A stretch of 64,000 nucleotides of DNA from Polyangiaceae bacterium (GCA_035063585.1 JAPSGB010000004.1:144095-208094), one strand, 5' to 3'. Positions 25,943 through 36,366 are shown, counted from the first letter of the stretch. Numbers and translations are program-made. Notes: generated by a model from the letters alone, not told the origin.

Positions 25943-28759
25943 ATGGCGACCCTCAGCTCCAGCATCGTCAAGCACGGCCTGGCCTCCATGAAGGACGTGG
26001 AGGAGGCGCTCGCACGCCAGGTGCTCTACGGGGGAGATCTGGCGACGAACCTCCTCGAGGTCACCGAGGTGAGCGAGGAAGCGCTCACGCGCCTCTTGGC
26101 GGAGAGCCACGGGCTGCCCGCCGCGCCAGCGGGTGAGTTACCGCACGCGCGGAGCGAGACGCTCGCGCTCGTGCCCGGCGAGGTCGCGAGGCGACACGGG
26201 GCCTACCCGCTCGACGACCGCGACGGCACGCTCGTGATGGCGGTCTCGGAACCCCTCCCGCGCGAGGTGGAAGAGGATCTCGGCTTCGCGCTCGGAGTGG
26301 AGGTCGACCAGCGGGTAGCGCCTGCGGTCCGCATTCAGCAGGCGATCGCACGCGACTACGGTCTGCCGGTGGATCGTCGCTCCCTCCGGCTCATCGCGAG
26401 GCTCTCGGGCTTGCCCGATCCAAGCCCCAGCTCGCTGCCGAGCCCGGGCCTCGGTGGCGCTCAGATGCCCCGGCTGCCGCGCCCGCCTTCGCTGCCGCCG
26501 CTCTCCTACCCGCTGGAAGCTCCGCGTGCGCCGGCGCCGCCCGCGTCTCCCGAGGGCCCCGTATCGCTTCGCCCCGTCGCGCTCGAGCGCCGCATGCAGG
26601 AGACGCCAGGTGAGTCACCACCGGCTCCGCCGGCTCGCGCCGTGACCCCGACTCCGCCCGTCGCGGCTCCCGAGCTCGCGGCGTGGGCGACCCAGGCGGG
26701 CCGAAGCGCGCGCGCGCGCACGCGTCGTCGCGGCCCGTACACCGCCGCCATGGCCGAGCGGGACCTCTCGCTCGCGGAGGGACGCGACGACGTGCTCCGC
26801 GCGGCCTTCGACTTCATGGCGCAGTACTTCGAGTACTCGGCGCTGTTCGCCGTCCACGCGGACATTGCCGAGGGTCGCGACGCGCGCGGTCCTGGCGCCG
26901 GGCGTGCTCAGATCACCGGCGTCGGTGTGCCGCTCGACTTGCCGAGCGCGCTGGCCACCGCGCGCGACGAGGGCGCGCTCCAGCTCTCGCGGCTGTCGAC
27001 GGACGGCATCGACCGGGCTCTCGCGAAGGATCTCTCGCGCGCGCCCGGTCGCGTCGCGCTGTTTCTTCCGATCGTGGTCCGCGGGCGCTGCGTGCTCATC
27101 CTGTACGGCGATCACGGCGCGCAAGACGTGGAGCTCGGCGAGGTTGGTGACGTCATCGCGTTCGCGCCGCTGGTGACCGCGGCGCTCGAGCGCGTCATCG
27201 TGCGCCGAAAGCGCGGCGAGACCGGGCATCCCCCGCGAGTGCGCCGAGAGCGACGTCACGCGCCACGGCCGAGCCGCGACGAGCGCGCGGCGGCGTTCGT
27301 GCAGGCGCTCTCACTGCCGTCGCCGGCTGCGCCGTCGCCGGCCGCGCCGTCGCTGGCCGCGTCGTCTCCGGAGCCGCCGCCGAGGAGCCCACGCCTCTCG
27401 AACCGAGTGATCTCGGTCGGCGCGGAGCGGCGCGCGTCGACGCCGCCGCAAGGGACGCCCCGCGCGCTCGAGACGAGCGGCGCGCTCGAGCTGGCGATTC
27501 CGCTGACACGACCGAGCAATCCGGCTCCGCGAGCACACATCGAAGAGCCCCCGGAGGACGGCTGGGAGGTGGCCTCGCCGCGCGGATTCTCCGCGCTCGA
27601 GGCGGCGACCAGCCCGGGTGTCGGCCCCGCGCGCGCGGTGGGCTCGCGCCCGCCCTCGAGTCAGCGGCTCGAGTTGGTCCCCGAGACCGCGCTGGACGAG
27701 CCGGACGGCCCCGATCTGTCGTTCTCCGAAGAGGAGATGAGTGAGAGCGAGCTCCTCGGAGCCGAGCAGAGCCCGGTCGCGCCCCTCCGACGCCACGAGA
27801 TCCCGCTCGCCGCGCCCTCGCGCTCCGAGTCGTTCCCCCCGCGCCGTCCGCGCCCTCGCTACAGCTCGGAGGAGCTCCGGCTCCCGAGCGTCATCGTCGA
27901 TCTCGAGAGCGACTGCCGAGATCTGGTGACGCGCCTGCTCGACGGCGACGAGCTCGCCGCCGAGCGGCTCGTCGAACTCGGGCAGCCCGCCATCGCTGCG
28001 CTGGTCGCGCAGTTTCCCGGGCCGGTCGAGACGGAGCTGGGCGCCGGCCGCGGCGGGCGCGCCTCCGAAGCCGGCCCCATCCTGCGCACGCTCCGGCGAT
28101 TCGGACATGAAGCCGTCCCGTTCCTGGTGGTCCGCACCGCGGATACGAGCCCGGACGTCCGAAGCTGGGCGACGCGACTGCTCGGTGAGCTGCCGAGCGC
28201 CGATTCCGCGCGCGCGGTGCTACGCCGCGTGATCGATCCCGAGCCCGAGGTCCACCGCGCGGCGCTCGCGGCGAGCCGACTGCTCTTCACTGACTCCGAG
28301 TCGCGCGAGGCGCTGCGCGACGGGCTCTGTGTGCTCGCGGCGGACGTCACGCAGAGCGACGAGGTCCGACACACCGCGATCGAGGCGCTCGCGGAGCTCC
28401 GCGAAGCCCGCGCCGTGCCGCGGCTCATCCGACTGCTCGAGGGCTCGAACCCGGACATCGTGAAGAGCGCCGAGTGGGCGCTCACCGTGCTCACCCGTCA
28501 GAGCTTCCGTCGTGACTCGGCGCGATGGCTCGAGTGGTGGAACGCGCACGCCTCCGAGCACCGCATCGAGTGGCTCATCGACGCCTTGGTCCACGAATCT
28601 CCGGAGCTTCGCCGCGCGGCGGGCGAGGAGCTGAAGAGCGAGACGAAAGAGTATTTCGGGTTTTACGACGATCTGCCGCCGAGCGAGCGCGCGCGCGCTC
28701 GAGAGCGCTATCGCGAGTGGTGGGATAGCAAAGGAAAGGCCAGATTTCCGCGCACTTGA
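25943..28759 (+). CDS. MshEN(GSPII_N)-like + GAF-like + HEAT-repeat protein (possibly FrgA-like)
   Basis: N-terminal 'GL.S..DVEEALARQ..GG.L..NLLE' and 'VP.EVARRHGAYP', central 'LPIVVRGRCVLILYGD', Pro-rich linkers, C-terminal HEAT-like repeats. Confidence 0.65.
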   Translation: MATLSSSIVKHGLASMKDVEEALARQVLYGGDLATNLLEVTEVSEEALTRLLAESHGLPAAPAGELPHARSETLALVPGEVARRHGAYPLDDRDGTLVMAVSEPLPREVEEDLGFALGVEVDQRVAPAVRIQQAIARDYGLPVDRRSLRLIARLSGLPDPSPSSLPSPGLGGAQMPRLPRPPSLPPLSYPLEAPRAPAPPASPEGPVSLRPVALERRMQETPGESPPAPPARAVTPTPPVAAPELAAWATQAGRSARARTRRRGPYTAAMAERDLSLAEGRDDVLRAAFDFMAQYFEYSALFAVHADIAEGRDARGPGAGRAQITGVGVPLDLPSALATARDEGALQLSRLSTDGIDRALAKDLSRAPGRVALFLPIVVRGRCVLILYGDHGAQDVELGEVGDVIAFAPLVTAALERVIVRRKRGETGHPPRVRRERRHAPRPSRDERAAAFVQALSLPSPAAPSPAAPSLAASSPEPPPRSPRLSNRVISVGAERRASTPPQGTPRALETSGALELAIPLTRPSNPAPRAHIEEPPEDGWEVASPRGFSALEAATSPGVGPARAVGSRPPSSQRLELVPETALDEPDGPDLSFSEEEMSESELLGAEQSPVAPLRRHEIPLAAPSRSESFPPRRPRPRYSSEELRLPSVIVDLESDCRDLVTRLLDGDELAAERLVELGQPAIAALVAQFPGPVETELGAGRGGRASEAGPILRTLRRFGHEAVPFLVVRTADTSPDVRSWATRLLGELPSADSARAVLRRVIDPEPEVHRAALAASRLLFTDSESREALRDGLCVLAADVTQSDEVRHTAIEALAELREARAVPRLIRLLEGSNPDIVKSAEWALTVLTRQSFRRDSARWLEWWNAHASEHRIEWLIDALVHESPELRRAAGEELKSETKEYFGFYDDLPPSERARARERYREWWDSKGKARFPRT

Positions 28760-28820
28760 GCGACCGGCCTCGGAGACGGCTCGACAACCTCGCCGGAGCC
28801 GTGGAAAGGTTGGGGCCCGC

Positions 28821-29018
28821 ATGACAGAAGAACAGCACGGGACCGCGCTCCGCGCGGCAAACCTCGCGCTCACCGGGCAGCAGCGCCGCGAAGCGAGCCG
28901 CTTCGCGTCCATCGAGCTGCGGTTCACCGACCGGCGCACCGGGCCGTGGGAGATCGCGGCCATGGCCTCGGTCGCGTTCGCGGCGGCGCTGCTCGTGCTC
29001 GGGCTCTGGCTGGCCTGA
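28821..29018 (+). CDS. Small membrane protein
   Basis: 65-aa ORF with C-terminal TM helix, fills an intergenic gap. Confidence 0.5.
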   Translation: MTEEQHGTALRAANLALTGQQRREASRFASIELRFTDRRTGPWEIAAMASVAFAAALLVLGLWLA

Positions 29019-29083
29019 AGCCACCACGGCCTCGACGGAGGCGCGGGCTCGGCCGAGCCTGGTCGGTCCGGCGCGGCCGGCGG

Positions 29084-29914
29084 CTATCGCCCGATCGTGA
29101 AGCGCAGCGAGTAGCTGAACATGACCGGCTTCCCGGGCTTCTCGAAGTCGACCTGCGCGAAGGCCGCCACCATGCACTCGCTGAACCCCTTGCCCTTCAT
29201 CCCGGTGCGCGGCTGGAGCACGTCTGCTTTGCCTCCCGCACGGCCCACCCGAAGATCGACCCCGAAGGTGCCGCCCTTCGCGGGCTCGTCGACCAGCGTG
29301 TAGCAGCGCCGGAACGCGTCGTACTGCTGGGCGATCGCGCGGCGGAACGGCTCCTTGGTCGCGTCGTCGTTGGGCCCGCCGCCGATGTGCAGCCCGATGT
29401 TCTCGACCTTGACCTCGGGGAGCGAGGCCGGCTCCTCGGGAGCCGGCGCCTGAGCGACCGGCGTCACGGTCGCCGAGCCCGCTGCGGCCGGCGCCGCCGA
29501 GCCCGTGGCGGCCGGCGGGGCGCTGGCGGGCTCCGCGCCCACCACCGAGAACATCACCCCCGTAATCCCGACCCGACGCAGCTCCTCGAGCACCGCGAGG
29601 ACCGCCCCGTGCGACACGCGCGCGTCCGCCTGGATGGTGGTCGAGCGCGCGCTCCGGTCCGGGCGAGCGCGCGTCACCGCGTCGCCGAGCGCATCGAGCG
29701 CGACCGGTTGCTCATCGACGGTGATCACGCCCGCGGCGTCGATCCGCACCACCAGGGGCTGGGCGCCGGCTCTCGGCAGCTCGCCCGGCGCGCTCGATGC
29801 GCTCGCCGACGACTCCGGAGCCTGGGGAGGAGGCGGACATCTCGACGCGCACCCGACGCCGGCCGCGCCGAACCCGCAAACCACCCCGACCGCGAGCCCG
29901 ACGCTTACCCTCAT
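29084..29914 (-). CDS. ExbD-like periplasmic domain fused to TonB-C/AgmX-like C-terminal domain, probable lipoprotein
   Basis: 'LVVRIDAAGVITVD', 'IQADARVSHGAVLAVLEELRRVGITGV' (ExbD-C), 'FRRCY...GTFGVDLRVGRAG...SECM...F.KP...SYSLRF'. Confidence 0.65.
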   Translation of the reverse strand: MRVSVGLAVGVVCGFGAAGVGCASRCPPPPQAPESSASASSAPGELPRAGAQPLVVRIDAAGVITVDEQPVALDALGDAVTRARPDRSARSTTIQADARVSHGAVLAVLEELRRVGITGVMFSVVGAEPASAPPAATGSAAPAAAGSATVTPVAQAPAPEEPASLPEVKVENIGLHIGGGPNDDATKEPFRRAIAQQYDAFRRCYTLVDEPAKGGTFGVDLRVGRAGGKADVLQPRTGMKGKGFSECMVAAFAQVDFEKPGKPVMFSYSLRFTIGR

Positions 29915-29993
29915 GGGTGGCGAGATAGCGCGCTTTGCCGCGGCCTTCCAGCGAGCGTTTCCGGCGAGGCGCTCGTCGTGGCAATACCTCGTC

Positions 29994-31271
29994 ATGCGAA
30001 CCGCGATCGCGCAGGGAATCATCGCGCTGTTGCTCGCGAGCGCCTGCGAGCCGAAGCGCTCACCCGCGCCGAGCGCACCGACCAGCGACGCGAAGGCGCC
30101 GCCGCCCGGCTCCGCGCATGCGTCGTCATCGGCCGCGCCGCCGCGCACCTCGGCGGCGCGAGCGCCGTCATCGGCCGCGCCGCCCGCCGCGTCCGCAGCG
30201 CCTGCCGCGAGCGGGCGAACGAACGACCCGGCGGACACCCGGTGGCTCATCGATCAGCCAGTCGTGCTCGGCCCCGCCGCGCCCGCGACCGCGACCACGC
30301 GCGGCGTCGTGATGCTCACGAAGTCGGGCCGCGCGCGACTCGCGGCGCTCGACACGCGCGCGCCGGTGGCCGCGGACGAGCCCGCCCAGACCCCGATGGC
30401 GCCGCTCGCTCCGCCCGACGCGCTCGCGCCCTTCGCGCGCGGACCGAGCGTCGCCGGAGATTTCGCCTATTTCGTCTCGCGCGGACGCCTGCTCCGGGCG
30501 CGGGTAGACGCCGAGGCCGACCCCGAGACGCTCGCGGAGGGCGCGCGCGACGGCGTGCGTGTCGCGGCCGGCGGCGAGCGGCCGGTGAGCGTCGCCTACC
30601 TCGCGGAGGCGGAGGGCGGCACGCGCGCGCGACTGTGGCTCGAGGGTGCGTCGCCGCTCGACATCTCTCCCGAGGGCGCATCGCCGACCTCCGTCGCCCT
30701 CCTCGCAGACGGCGACACGCGGCTGGTCTTCTCGCTCGAGGGTCGCACCGGAATGTCGCCCGTGCATGTCCGACGAGTCAGCTTTCAATCGGGACGCGCG
30801 AAGCTCGACGAGGACGTGGTGGTGTGGGTCGGTGGGCCCGCGCAGAGCCTCACCGAGGTGAGCGCGGCGCGCGCGGGCGGTGAAGTCTTCGCGTTCGTTC
30901 CGCTCGAACGCGACGCCACGAGCTTCGGCCTCGCGAGCCTCGCGCTCGGCGCCGAACCTCGCATGGACGCGCCGGTCACCTGGCAGACGTACCCGAATGG
31001 TCTCGACCCCGCGCCGACCGCGACCGGGCGGCTCTGCGGCGCGGCGGTGATCGCCGCGGCGCGACCGTCGAGCGCTGCGCCGCACGCCCCGGTCGAGCTC
31101 ACGCTCGCGCCGGTCACTCGCAACGGCCCGGGCGCGAGCGTGGTCATCGCCCGAGCGCCGGCCATCGCGGATCTCTCGCTGGCGGAGCTGCCGGCCGGCG
31201 CGCTCGTCGCGTGGGCGAGCAGCGGCCACGTCTTCGCCGCGCGGGTCCGTTGTCGGCGGGGCGGCAAGTAG
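29994..31271 (+). CDS. Hypothetical lipoprotein (possible beta-propeller)
   Basis: Lipobox LLASAC after ATG 29994, Ala/Pro linker. Confidence 0.65.
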   Translation: MRTAIAQGIIALLLASACEPKRSPAPSAPTSDAKAPPPGSAHASSSAAPPRTSAARAPSSAAPPAASAAPAASGRTNDPADTRWLIDQPVVLGPAAPATATTRGVVMLTKSGRARLAALDTRAPVAADEPAQTPMAPLAPPDALAPFARGPSVAGDFAYFVSRGRLLRARVDAEADPETLAEGARDGVRVAAGGERPVSVAYLAEAEGGTRARLWLEGASPLDISPEGASPTSVALLADGDTRLVFSLEGRTGMSPVHVRRVSFQSGRAKLDEDVVVWVGGPAQSLTEVSAARAGGEVFAFVPLERDATSFGLASLALGAEPRMDAPVTWQTYPNGLDPAPTATGRLCGAAVIAAARPSSAAPHAPVELTLAPVTRNGPGASVVIARAPAIADLSLAELPAGALVAWASSGHVFAARVRCRRGGK

Positions 31272-31295
31272 GTTAGAAGGCTCGCGCTCCGCGCG

Positions 31296-32141
31296 ATGGC
31301 CGTCGCCTCGCCCGAGCCCCCGCGAACCATGAAGAAGAAATCCAAGAGGAAGCCGCGGTTCACCGCCGCCACGGCCGACAAGCACACCCTCTACCAGCTC
31401 TCGGTGCAGGACGTGACCACCGAAGAGAGCTTCCTCTCTCGGAACTTCAAGAAGCTCCGTAAGCGCGACGCGCTCGATCTCCGTGAGGATTTCTGCGGCA
31501 CCGCGCTCATGTGCGGCGAGTGGGTGAAGCACCACCCGAAGCGTCGCTCCACCGGCGTCGACATCGACGCGAAGGTGCTGAAATGGGGAAGAGAGCACAA
31601 CATCGCTCCCCTCGGCGACGACGCCCGGCGCGTGACGCTGCTTCAGCAAGACGTACGCGCGCCCACGCGCGGCCGGCACGACCTCGTGCTCGCCTTCAAC
31701 TTCAGCTACTGGATCTTCCGCACCCGCGACGAGATGCGCGATTACTTCGAGCGGGTCCGCGCCTCGCTCAAGAGTGACGGCGTCTTCTTCCTCGACGCCT
31801 ACGGCGGCTGGGAGGCGGTCGAGCCGATGGTCGAGGCGCGCCCCATCCGCGGCGGGTTCACCTACGAGTGGGACCAGGACAAGTTCGATCCCATCACTCA
31901 CGCCGTCGAGAACCACATCCACTTCGAATTCAAGGACGGCACGCGGCTCGACAAGGCGTTCTCCTATCATTGGAGGTTCTGGACCTTGCCGGAGCTGCAA
32001 GAACTCCTCCGCGAGGCGGGCTTCCGTGACGTGGTCGTCTACTGGGACACGAGCGACGACGAAGCAACCGACGATTTTCGCCCGCGCCGCCGCGCGGAGA
32101 ACCAGCCGGGCTGGCTCGCGTACCTCGCGGCGCTCCGCTGA
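31296..32141 (+). CDS. Class I SAM-dependent methyltransferase
   Basis: 'LREDFCGTA', 'GVDID', 'AFNFSYW', 'GVFFLD', 'YHWRFWTLPEL.ELL.EAGF'; start may be ATG 31329. Confidence 0.85.
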   Translation: MAVASPEPPRTMKKKSKRKPRFTAATADKHTLYQLSVQDVTTEESFLSRNFKKLRKRDALDLREDFCGTALMCGEWVKHHPKRRSTGVDIDAKVLKWGREHNIAPLGDDARRVTLLQQDVRAPTRGRHDLVLAFNFSYWIFRTRDEMRDYFERVRASLKSDGVFFLDAYGGWEAVEPMVEARPIRGGFTYEWDQDKFDPITHAVENHIHFEFKDGTRLDKAFSYHWRFWTLPELQELLREAGFRDVVVYWDTSDDEATDDFRPRRRAENQPGWLAYLAALR

Positions 32142-32187
32142 GCCGCGAGGTACGCCTGGAGTCCGCGCCCTTCCTCGACTCCCCGGC

Positions 32188-32976
32188 TCACTCTTCGACG
32201 GTCACCGGCACCTCGACCGCGACGCCGGCGGCGCTCACGACCAAGGTGCTCGCGCCGGGTCGCGCGAACCTCGCCGAGAACCTCGCGCCGCGCGTCCAGT
32301 CGAGCCCGAACGAGCTCGGCTCGACGCGGGCGACCGCGGAGTCCTCCGCGCGGAGCTCGACGGCGCCGGTGGAGAACAAGGGATTTTCATGCTCGTCCAA
32401 GAGCAACACCCGAAAATCGAGGCTGTCGCCGGCGTGTCCGGCGAGCCGGCTCACGGCTCGGGGGCGGTCCTCGTCGTAGCTCTCGAGCGCAATCGACGCC
32501 GCCTCGCGCACGTGGACGGTCACCGTATCGATGAGCGCGCCGCTTGCCGCGAGGAGCTGGAGCTGCGCGTCTCCCGATGCGTGCGACTCTACCTCGATCC
32601 GATTCGAGCATTCGCGCGTGTAGCCTGGGTCACAGGTCTGGCCGGTGTCGGCCAGCCCGTAGGCCTCGCTGCCTTGGGCGGTCGTGCGCGTGCATGAGCA
32701 GGTGCGGGCGCCGAGCGTGAAGGAGGCGACGCGGTCGTCACTCGAGAGCACCACGACGTCCGGCTCGGCCCCGTCGCCGGTCACCGCGATGCGCTGGGTC
32801 GCGCCCACCGCGAGCGGCTGGTCGAGGGCGCAGTCGAGGAAGCACTCCGCCTCGTAGCGGAAGCTCGCGCGACCGAGGTCGCCCGGCGTCTCGGTGTCGA
32901 AGCCGCAGCCGGTGAGCGCCGCGCTCGCGCCGAGCCAACCAACCATCAAAGAAGCGTGCTTGAAAGAGAGGGTCAT
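32188..32976 (-). CDS. Hypothetical lipoprotein with Ig-like beta-sandwich segments
   Basis: Lipobox ALTGC, 'SSDDRVASF' Big-2-like motif, AGGAG RBS. Confidence 0.65.
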   Translation of the reverse strand: MTLSFKHASLMVGWLGASAALTGCGFDTETPGDLGRASFRYEAECFLDCALDQPLAVGATQRIAVTGDGAEPDVVVLSSDDRVASFTLGARTCSCTRTTAQGSEAYGLADTGQTCDPGYTRECSNRIEVESHASGDAQLQLLAASGALIDTVTVHVREAASIALESYDEDRPRAVSRLAGHAGDSLDFRVLLLDEHENPLFSTGAVELRAEDSAVARVEPSSFGLDWTRGARFSARFARPGASTLVVSAAGVAVEVPVTVEE

Positions 32977-33001
32977 GTTCAGGTCTCCTGCTGGTTCAAC
33001 C

Positions 33002-33017
33002 AGCAAGGCCCGTGCCG
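33002..33017 (-). promoter_or_regulatory. Putative sigma54 promoter
   Basis: Minus strand cGGCACGggccTTGCT, near-perfect -24/-12 consensus, ~25 bp upstream of ATG 32976. Confidence 0.7.
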
Positions 33018-33226
33018 CGGTCAGCGAGCGTGATTCCAGGGAAAATCCTGGAGTTCTGCGCTCGCCCCGGGTGTGCGCGGGAGGCCCACCTGGGCGCTCC
33101 GGGCTCGCTGTGCTCGCGGCGCATCACGAGTTGCGCGGCGCGCGCCGATGTCGTAGTTGACCAGCCGGCCAGTTTCTCGATCCGCGCACGCCGCGGCGAG
33201 AGCGACAACTCATAGAGGAGCGTGCG

Positions 33227-34420
33227 ATGGGCAGGAAGGTGTACGTGGTCGGCGTCGGGATGACGAAGTTCGAGAAGCCCGGATCGAAGGACTGGGACTA
33301 CCCCGCGATGGTCAAGGAGGCCGGCGAGAAGGCGCTCGCCGACGCGGGGATCGGCTACGACGCGATCGAGCAGGCGGTCGCCGGCTACTGCTATGGGGAG
33401 AGCACCAGCGGCGAGCGCGCGCTCTACGAGCTCGGCCTCACCGGGATCCCCATCTACAACGTCAACAACAACTGCTCGACCGGCTCGACGGCGCTCTTCC
33501 TCGCCAAGCAGCTCGTCGAGGGCGGCCTCGCCGAGTGCGCGATGGCGGTCGGGTTCGAGAAGATGGAGAAGGGCTCGCTCGGACCGAAGTACATGGATCG
33601 CACGAACCCCATGGATAAGCACATGCTCCTCATGATGGAGCTCCGTGAGTTCGCGCCGGCGCCGCCCGCCCCGCAGATGTTCGGCAATGCCGGCCGCGAG
33701 CACATGGAAAAGTACGGCACGACCCGCGAGCAGTTCGCGAAGATCGGCTGGAAGAACCACAAGCACTCGGTCAACAACCCCTATTCGCAGTTCCGAGACG
33801 AGTACTCGCTCGACGACATCATGAGCTCGAAGATGGTCTATGACCCGCTCACCAAGCTGCAGTGCTGCCCGACCTCGGACGGCGCCGGTGCTGCCATCCT
33901 CGCCAGCGAAGCGTTCGTGAAGCAGCACAACCTCCAGAAGAACGCCGTCGAGATCGCCGGCATGTCGCTCGCGACCGACATGAACAACTCCTTCGACGAC
34001 AAGAGCTGCATCAAGATGATCGGCGCAGACATGACCCGTCGCGCCGCGCAGAAGGCCTACGAGCAGAGCGGCCTCGGCCCGGAGGACCTCCAGGTGGTCG
34101 AGCTCCACGACTGCTTCAGCGCCAACGAGCTCATCACCTACGAGGGGCTCGGCCTCTGCCCCGAGGGCAAGGGCGGCGAGCTCATCGACTCGGGCGCGGT
34201 CACCTATGGCGGAAAATGGGTGGTGAACCCCTCGGGAGGCCTCATCAGCAAGGGGCATCCGCTCGGGGCCACCGGCCTCGCGCAGTGCGCCGAGCTCAAC
34301 TGGCAGATCCGCGGCCTCGCCGACAAGCGCCAGGTCGATGGCGTCAAGGCCGGGCTCCAGCACAACCTCGGCCTCGGCGGCGCAGCGGTCGTCACCGTGT
34401 ACCGCCGCGCGGAGTTCTAG
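33227..34420 (+). CDS. Lipid-transfer protein / SCP2-type thiolase
   Basis: '[12 protein letters not shown]', '[12 protein letters not shown]', 'ELHDCFS.NEL', '[17 protein letters not shown]', 'QHNLGLGG'. Confidence 0.95.
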   Translation: MGRKVYVVGVGMTKFEKPGSKDWDYPAMVKEAGEKALADAGIGYDAIEQAVAGYCYGESTSGERALYELGLTGIPIYNVNNNCSTGSTALFLAKQLVEGGLAECAMAVGFEKMEKGSLGPKYMDRTNPMDKHMLLMMELREFAPAPPAPQMFGNAGREHMEKYGTTREQFAKIGWKNHKHSVNNPYSQFRDEYSLDDIMSSKMVYDPLTKLQCCPTSDGAGAAILASEAFVKQHNLQKNAVEIAGMSLATDMNNSFDDKSCIKMIGADMTRRAAQKAYEQSGLGPEDLQVVELHDCFSANELITYEGLGLCPEGKGGELIDSGAVTYGGKWVVNPSGGLISKGHPLGATGLAQCAELNWQIRGLADKRQVDGVKAGLQHNLGLGGAAVVTVYRRAEF

Positions 34421-34474
34421 ACTCCCGAGCGCTCGCGGCTCGAGCGCTCGGTCGCTCGAGCCGTCCGCTCCGAG

Positions 34475-34510
34475 AAATGGTCAAGCACTCGCTTGGCCAT
34501 TTTGGTTTTT
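34475..34510 (+). terminator. Rho-independent terminator
   Basis: aaatggtcaagc-actc-gcttggccattt stem-loop followed by a T-rich tract, downstream of the thiolase. Confidence 0.65.
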
Positions 34511-34623
34511 GTCGGCGCGGGACCGCGCGAGGCGAGAAGCGGCGCCCATCGGACGGGGCTTGTGATGGCGCGCGCGCTCGGGTATTCGTGAGGCGGCGCG
34601 GCGGCCAGGCTCGCGGGGAGGAC

Positions 34624-36321
34624 ATGATGCTCAATCGTCGAATCATCATTGCTGGATGCGTCGCGCTCGCCAGCGCAGCCTGTGGGAAGAGCGGAGCCGA
34701 CGCGCCCGGGGCGGCGGGTGCCGCGAGCGGAGGCGCGGGGGGCGAACGCTCCGACTCGGGGGGCGCGAGCGCAGGCGGAGGAGCCGGCGCGAGCGGCGCA
34801 GGCGGGAGCGGCGCCAGCGGAGGCGCCGACGCGGGCGGGGCCGGAGGGCTCGCGGGGGCCGGCGGGAGCGGCGGCGCGACCGTCGATCCGAGCTGCACGC
34901 CTTCAGCGCTCTACGGCAAGCACGGCGAGCTCTGGCGCGCCGATGGCCGCCTCCGCGAGGTGGCCTGGGCCGGCTACCGCACCGGCAACGTCCCGCTTCC
35001 GACGCCAACCAGCCCGAGCCTGAGCGTGAGCGACTTCGGAGCCACGCCCGACGACGACACCGACGACACCCAGGCGTTCTTGACCGCGCTCGCCACCGCT
35101 ACGAGCGGCGTCGTGACCATCCCGAGAGGGAGGTTCATCATCAGCGCACGGCTCGAGCTCAAGAAACCGAACCTCGTCCTGCGGGGCGCCGGTGCCGGGG
35201 CGACCGTGCTCTCCTTCCCGAGGTCGCTCGGTGACGTCTACGGCCTCACCTTCAACTCTGCCGGTCAATCGAGCTGGTCGTTCACCGGCGGGTTCATCCA
35301 TGTGAGCGGGAGCGACAGCGGCGCCAAGCTCGCCGACGTCACCGCCGCCGCGAAGCTCGGCGACAAGCGCCTGGCGCTCTCGACGGTCTCGGGGCTGAGC
35401 GCCGGGATGTGGGTCCGGCTCTCGATGACGGATGCTGGCGGCACGCTCCTCGAGGCGCTCCACGCCGGCTACTTCCCCGGAAACGTCGGCGAAGACGGCG
35501 GCAAACAAGTGTCGCGATTCTACTCGAAGGTAGAGAGCGTCGACTCGACGGGCGTCGTGCTCGAGCGCCCGCTGCCGCTCCGCGTCGAGCTCGCGTGGAA
35601 GCCGGAGCTCCGCGCGGTCGCGCCGAAGGTGCGCGAGGTCGGGCTGGAGGGCTTCACCATGGAGTTTGCCGGCACCCCGTATCCGGGTCACTTCAAAGAG
35701 CGTGGCTACAACGCCATCTATCTCACGAACGTCGTCGACTCCTGGGTCCGAGACGTCACCATCCTGAACGCCGATTACGGCGTTGGCGTGAGCGAGTGTC
35801 ATTTCGTGACGGTGACCGACGTGATCCTCGACACGACCTTCGACCGAGGCTCCCTCGTCGGGCACCACGGCCTGAGCAGCACCGGAAGCGGCGATCTGCT
35901 CTTTACGCGCTTCGACGTACGAAAGACGTTCATCCACGATCTTTCCGTGGACGGCTACGCGCGCGGCACCGTCTGGTCGGACGGGCGAGGCGTCGACCTT
36001 GCGATGGACCACCACGGGCGAGCGCCGAACGGCTCACTCTTTACGAACCTCGACCTCGGCGCCGGTACGCGACCCTTCAAGAGCGGCGGGAGCACGAATC
36101 GCCTGCCGCACTCGGGCGCCTACAGCACTTTCTGGAACGTCCACGCCGCGCGCCCGCTCGCCTTGCCTCCGGACGACTACGGCCCGCTCCTCAATTTCGT
36201 CGCGGTCACGACCGACGCCACGAGCGTGAGCTCGCCTTACGGTTGGTCCCTCGAGAGAGTCGACAGGGCCAAGCTCTGTCAGCCAGACTTGCACGCAGCG
36301 ATGGTGCGTGACCTTCGCTGA
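34624..36321 (+). CDS. Pectate-lyase-like / GH28-related beta-helix lipoprotein
   Basis: Lipobox ASAAC, Gly linker, 'SVSDFGATPDD.TDDTQAF..A', 'LVLRGAG...TVL'. Confidence 0.75.
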   Translation: MMLNRRIIIAGCVALASAACGKSGADAPGAAGAASGGAGGERSDSGGASAGGGAGASGAGGSGASGGADAGGAGGLAGAGGSGGATVDPSCTPSALYGKHGELWRADGRLREVAWAGYRTGNVPLPTPTSPSLSVSDFGATPDDDTDDTQAFLTALATATSGVVTIPRGRFIISARLELKKPNLVLRGAGAGATVLSFPRSLGDVYGLTFNSAGQSSWSFTGGFIHVSGSDSGAKLADVTAAAKLGDKRLALSTVSGLSAGMWVRLSMTDAGGTLLEALHAGYFPGNVGEDGGKQVSRFYSKVESVDSTGVVLERPLPLRVELAWKPELRAVAPKVREVGLEGFTMEFAGTPYPGHFKERGYNAIYLTNVVDSWVRDVTILNADYGVGVSECHFVTVTDVILDTTFDRGSLVGHHGLSSTGSGDLLFTRFDVRKTFIHDLSVDGYARGTVWSDGRGVDLAMDHHGRAPNGSLFTNLDLGAGTRPFKSGGSTNRLPHSGAYSTFWNVHAARPLALPPDDYGPLLNFVAVTTDATSVSSPYGWSLERVDRAKLCQPDLHAAMVRDLR

Positions 36322-36366
36322 GCCCAAGTGCTCAAGTTTCTAGGGGGAGGTCGCTTCGGCGCGGAA

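Noticed and set aside
33862..34623. N-terminal extension of the beta-helix ORF
   Set aside because: Overlaps the thiolase and its terminator; RBS and lipoprotein signal start at 34624
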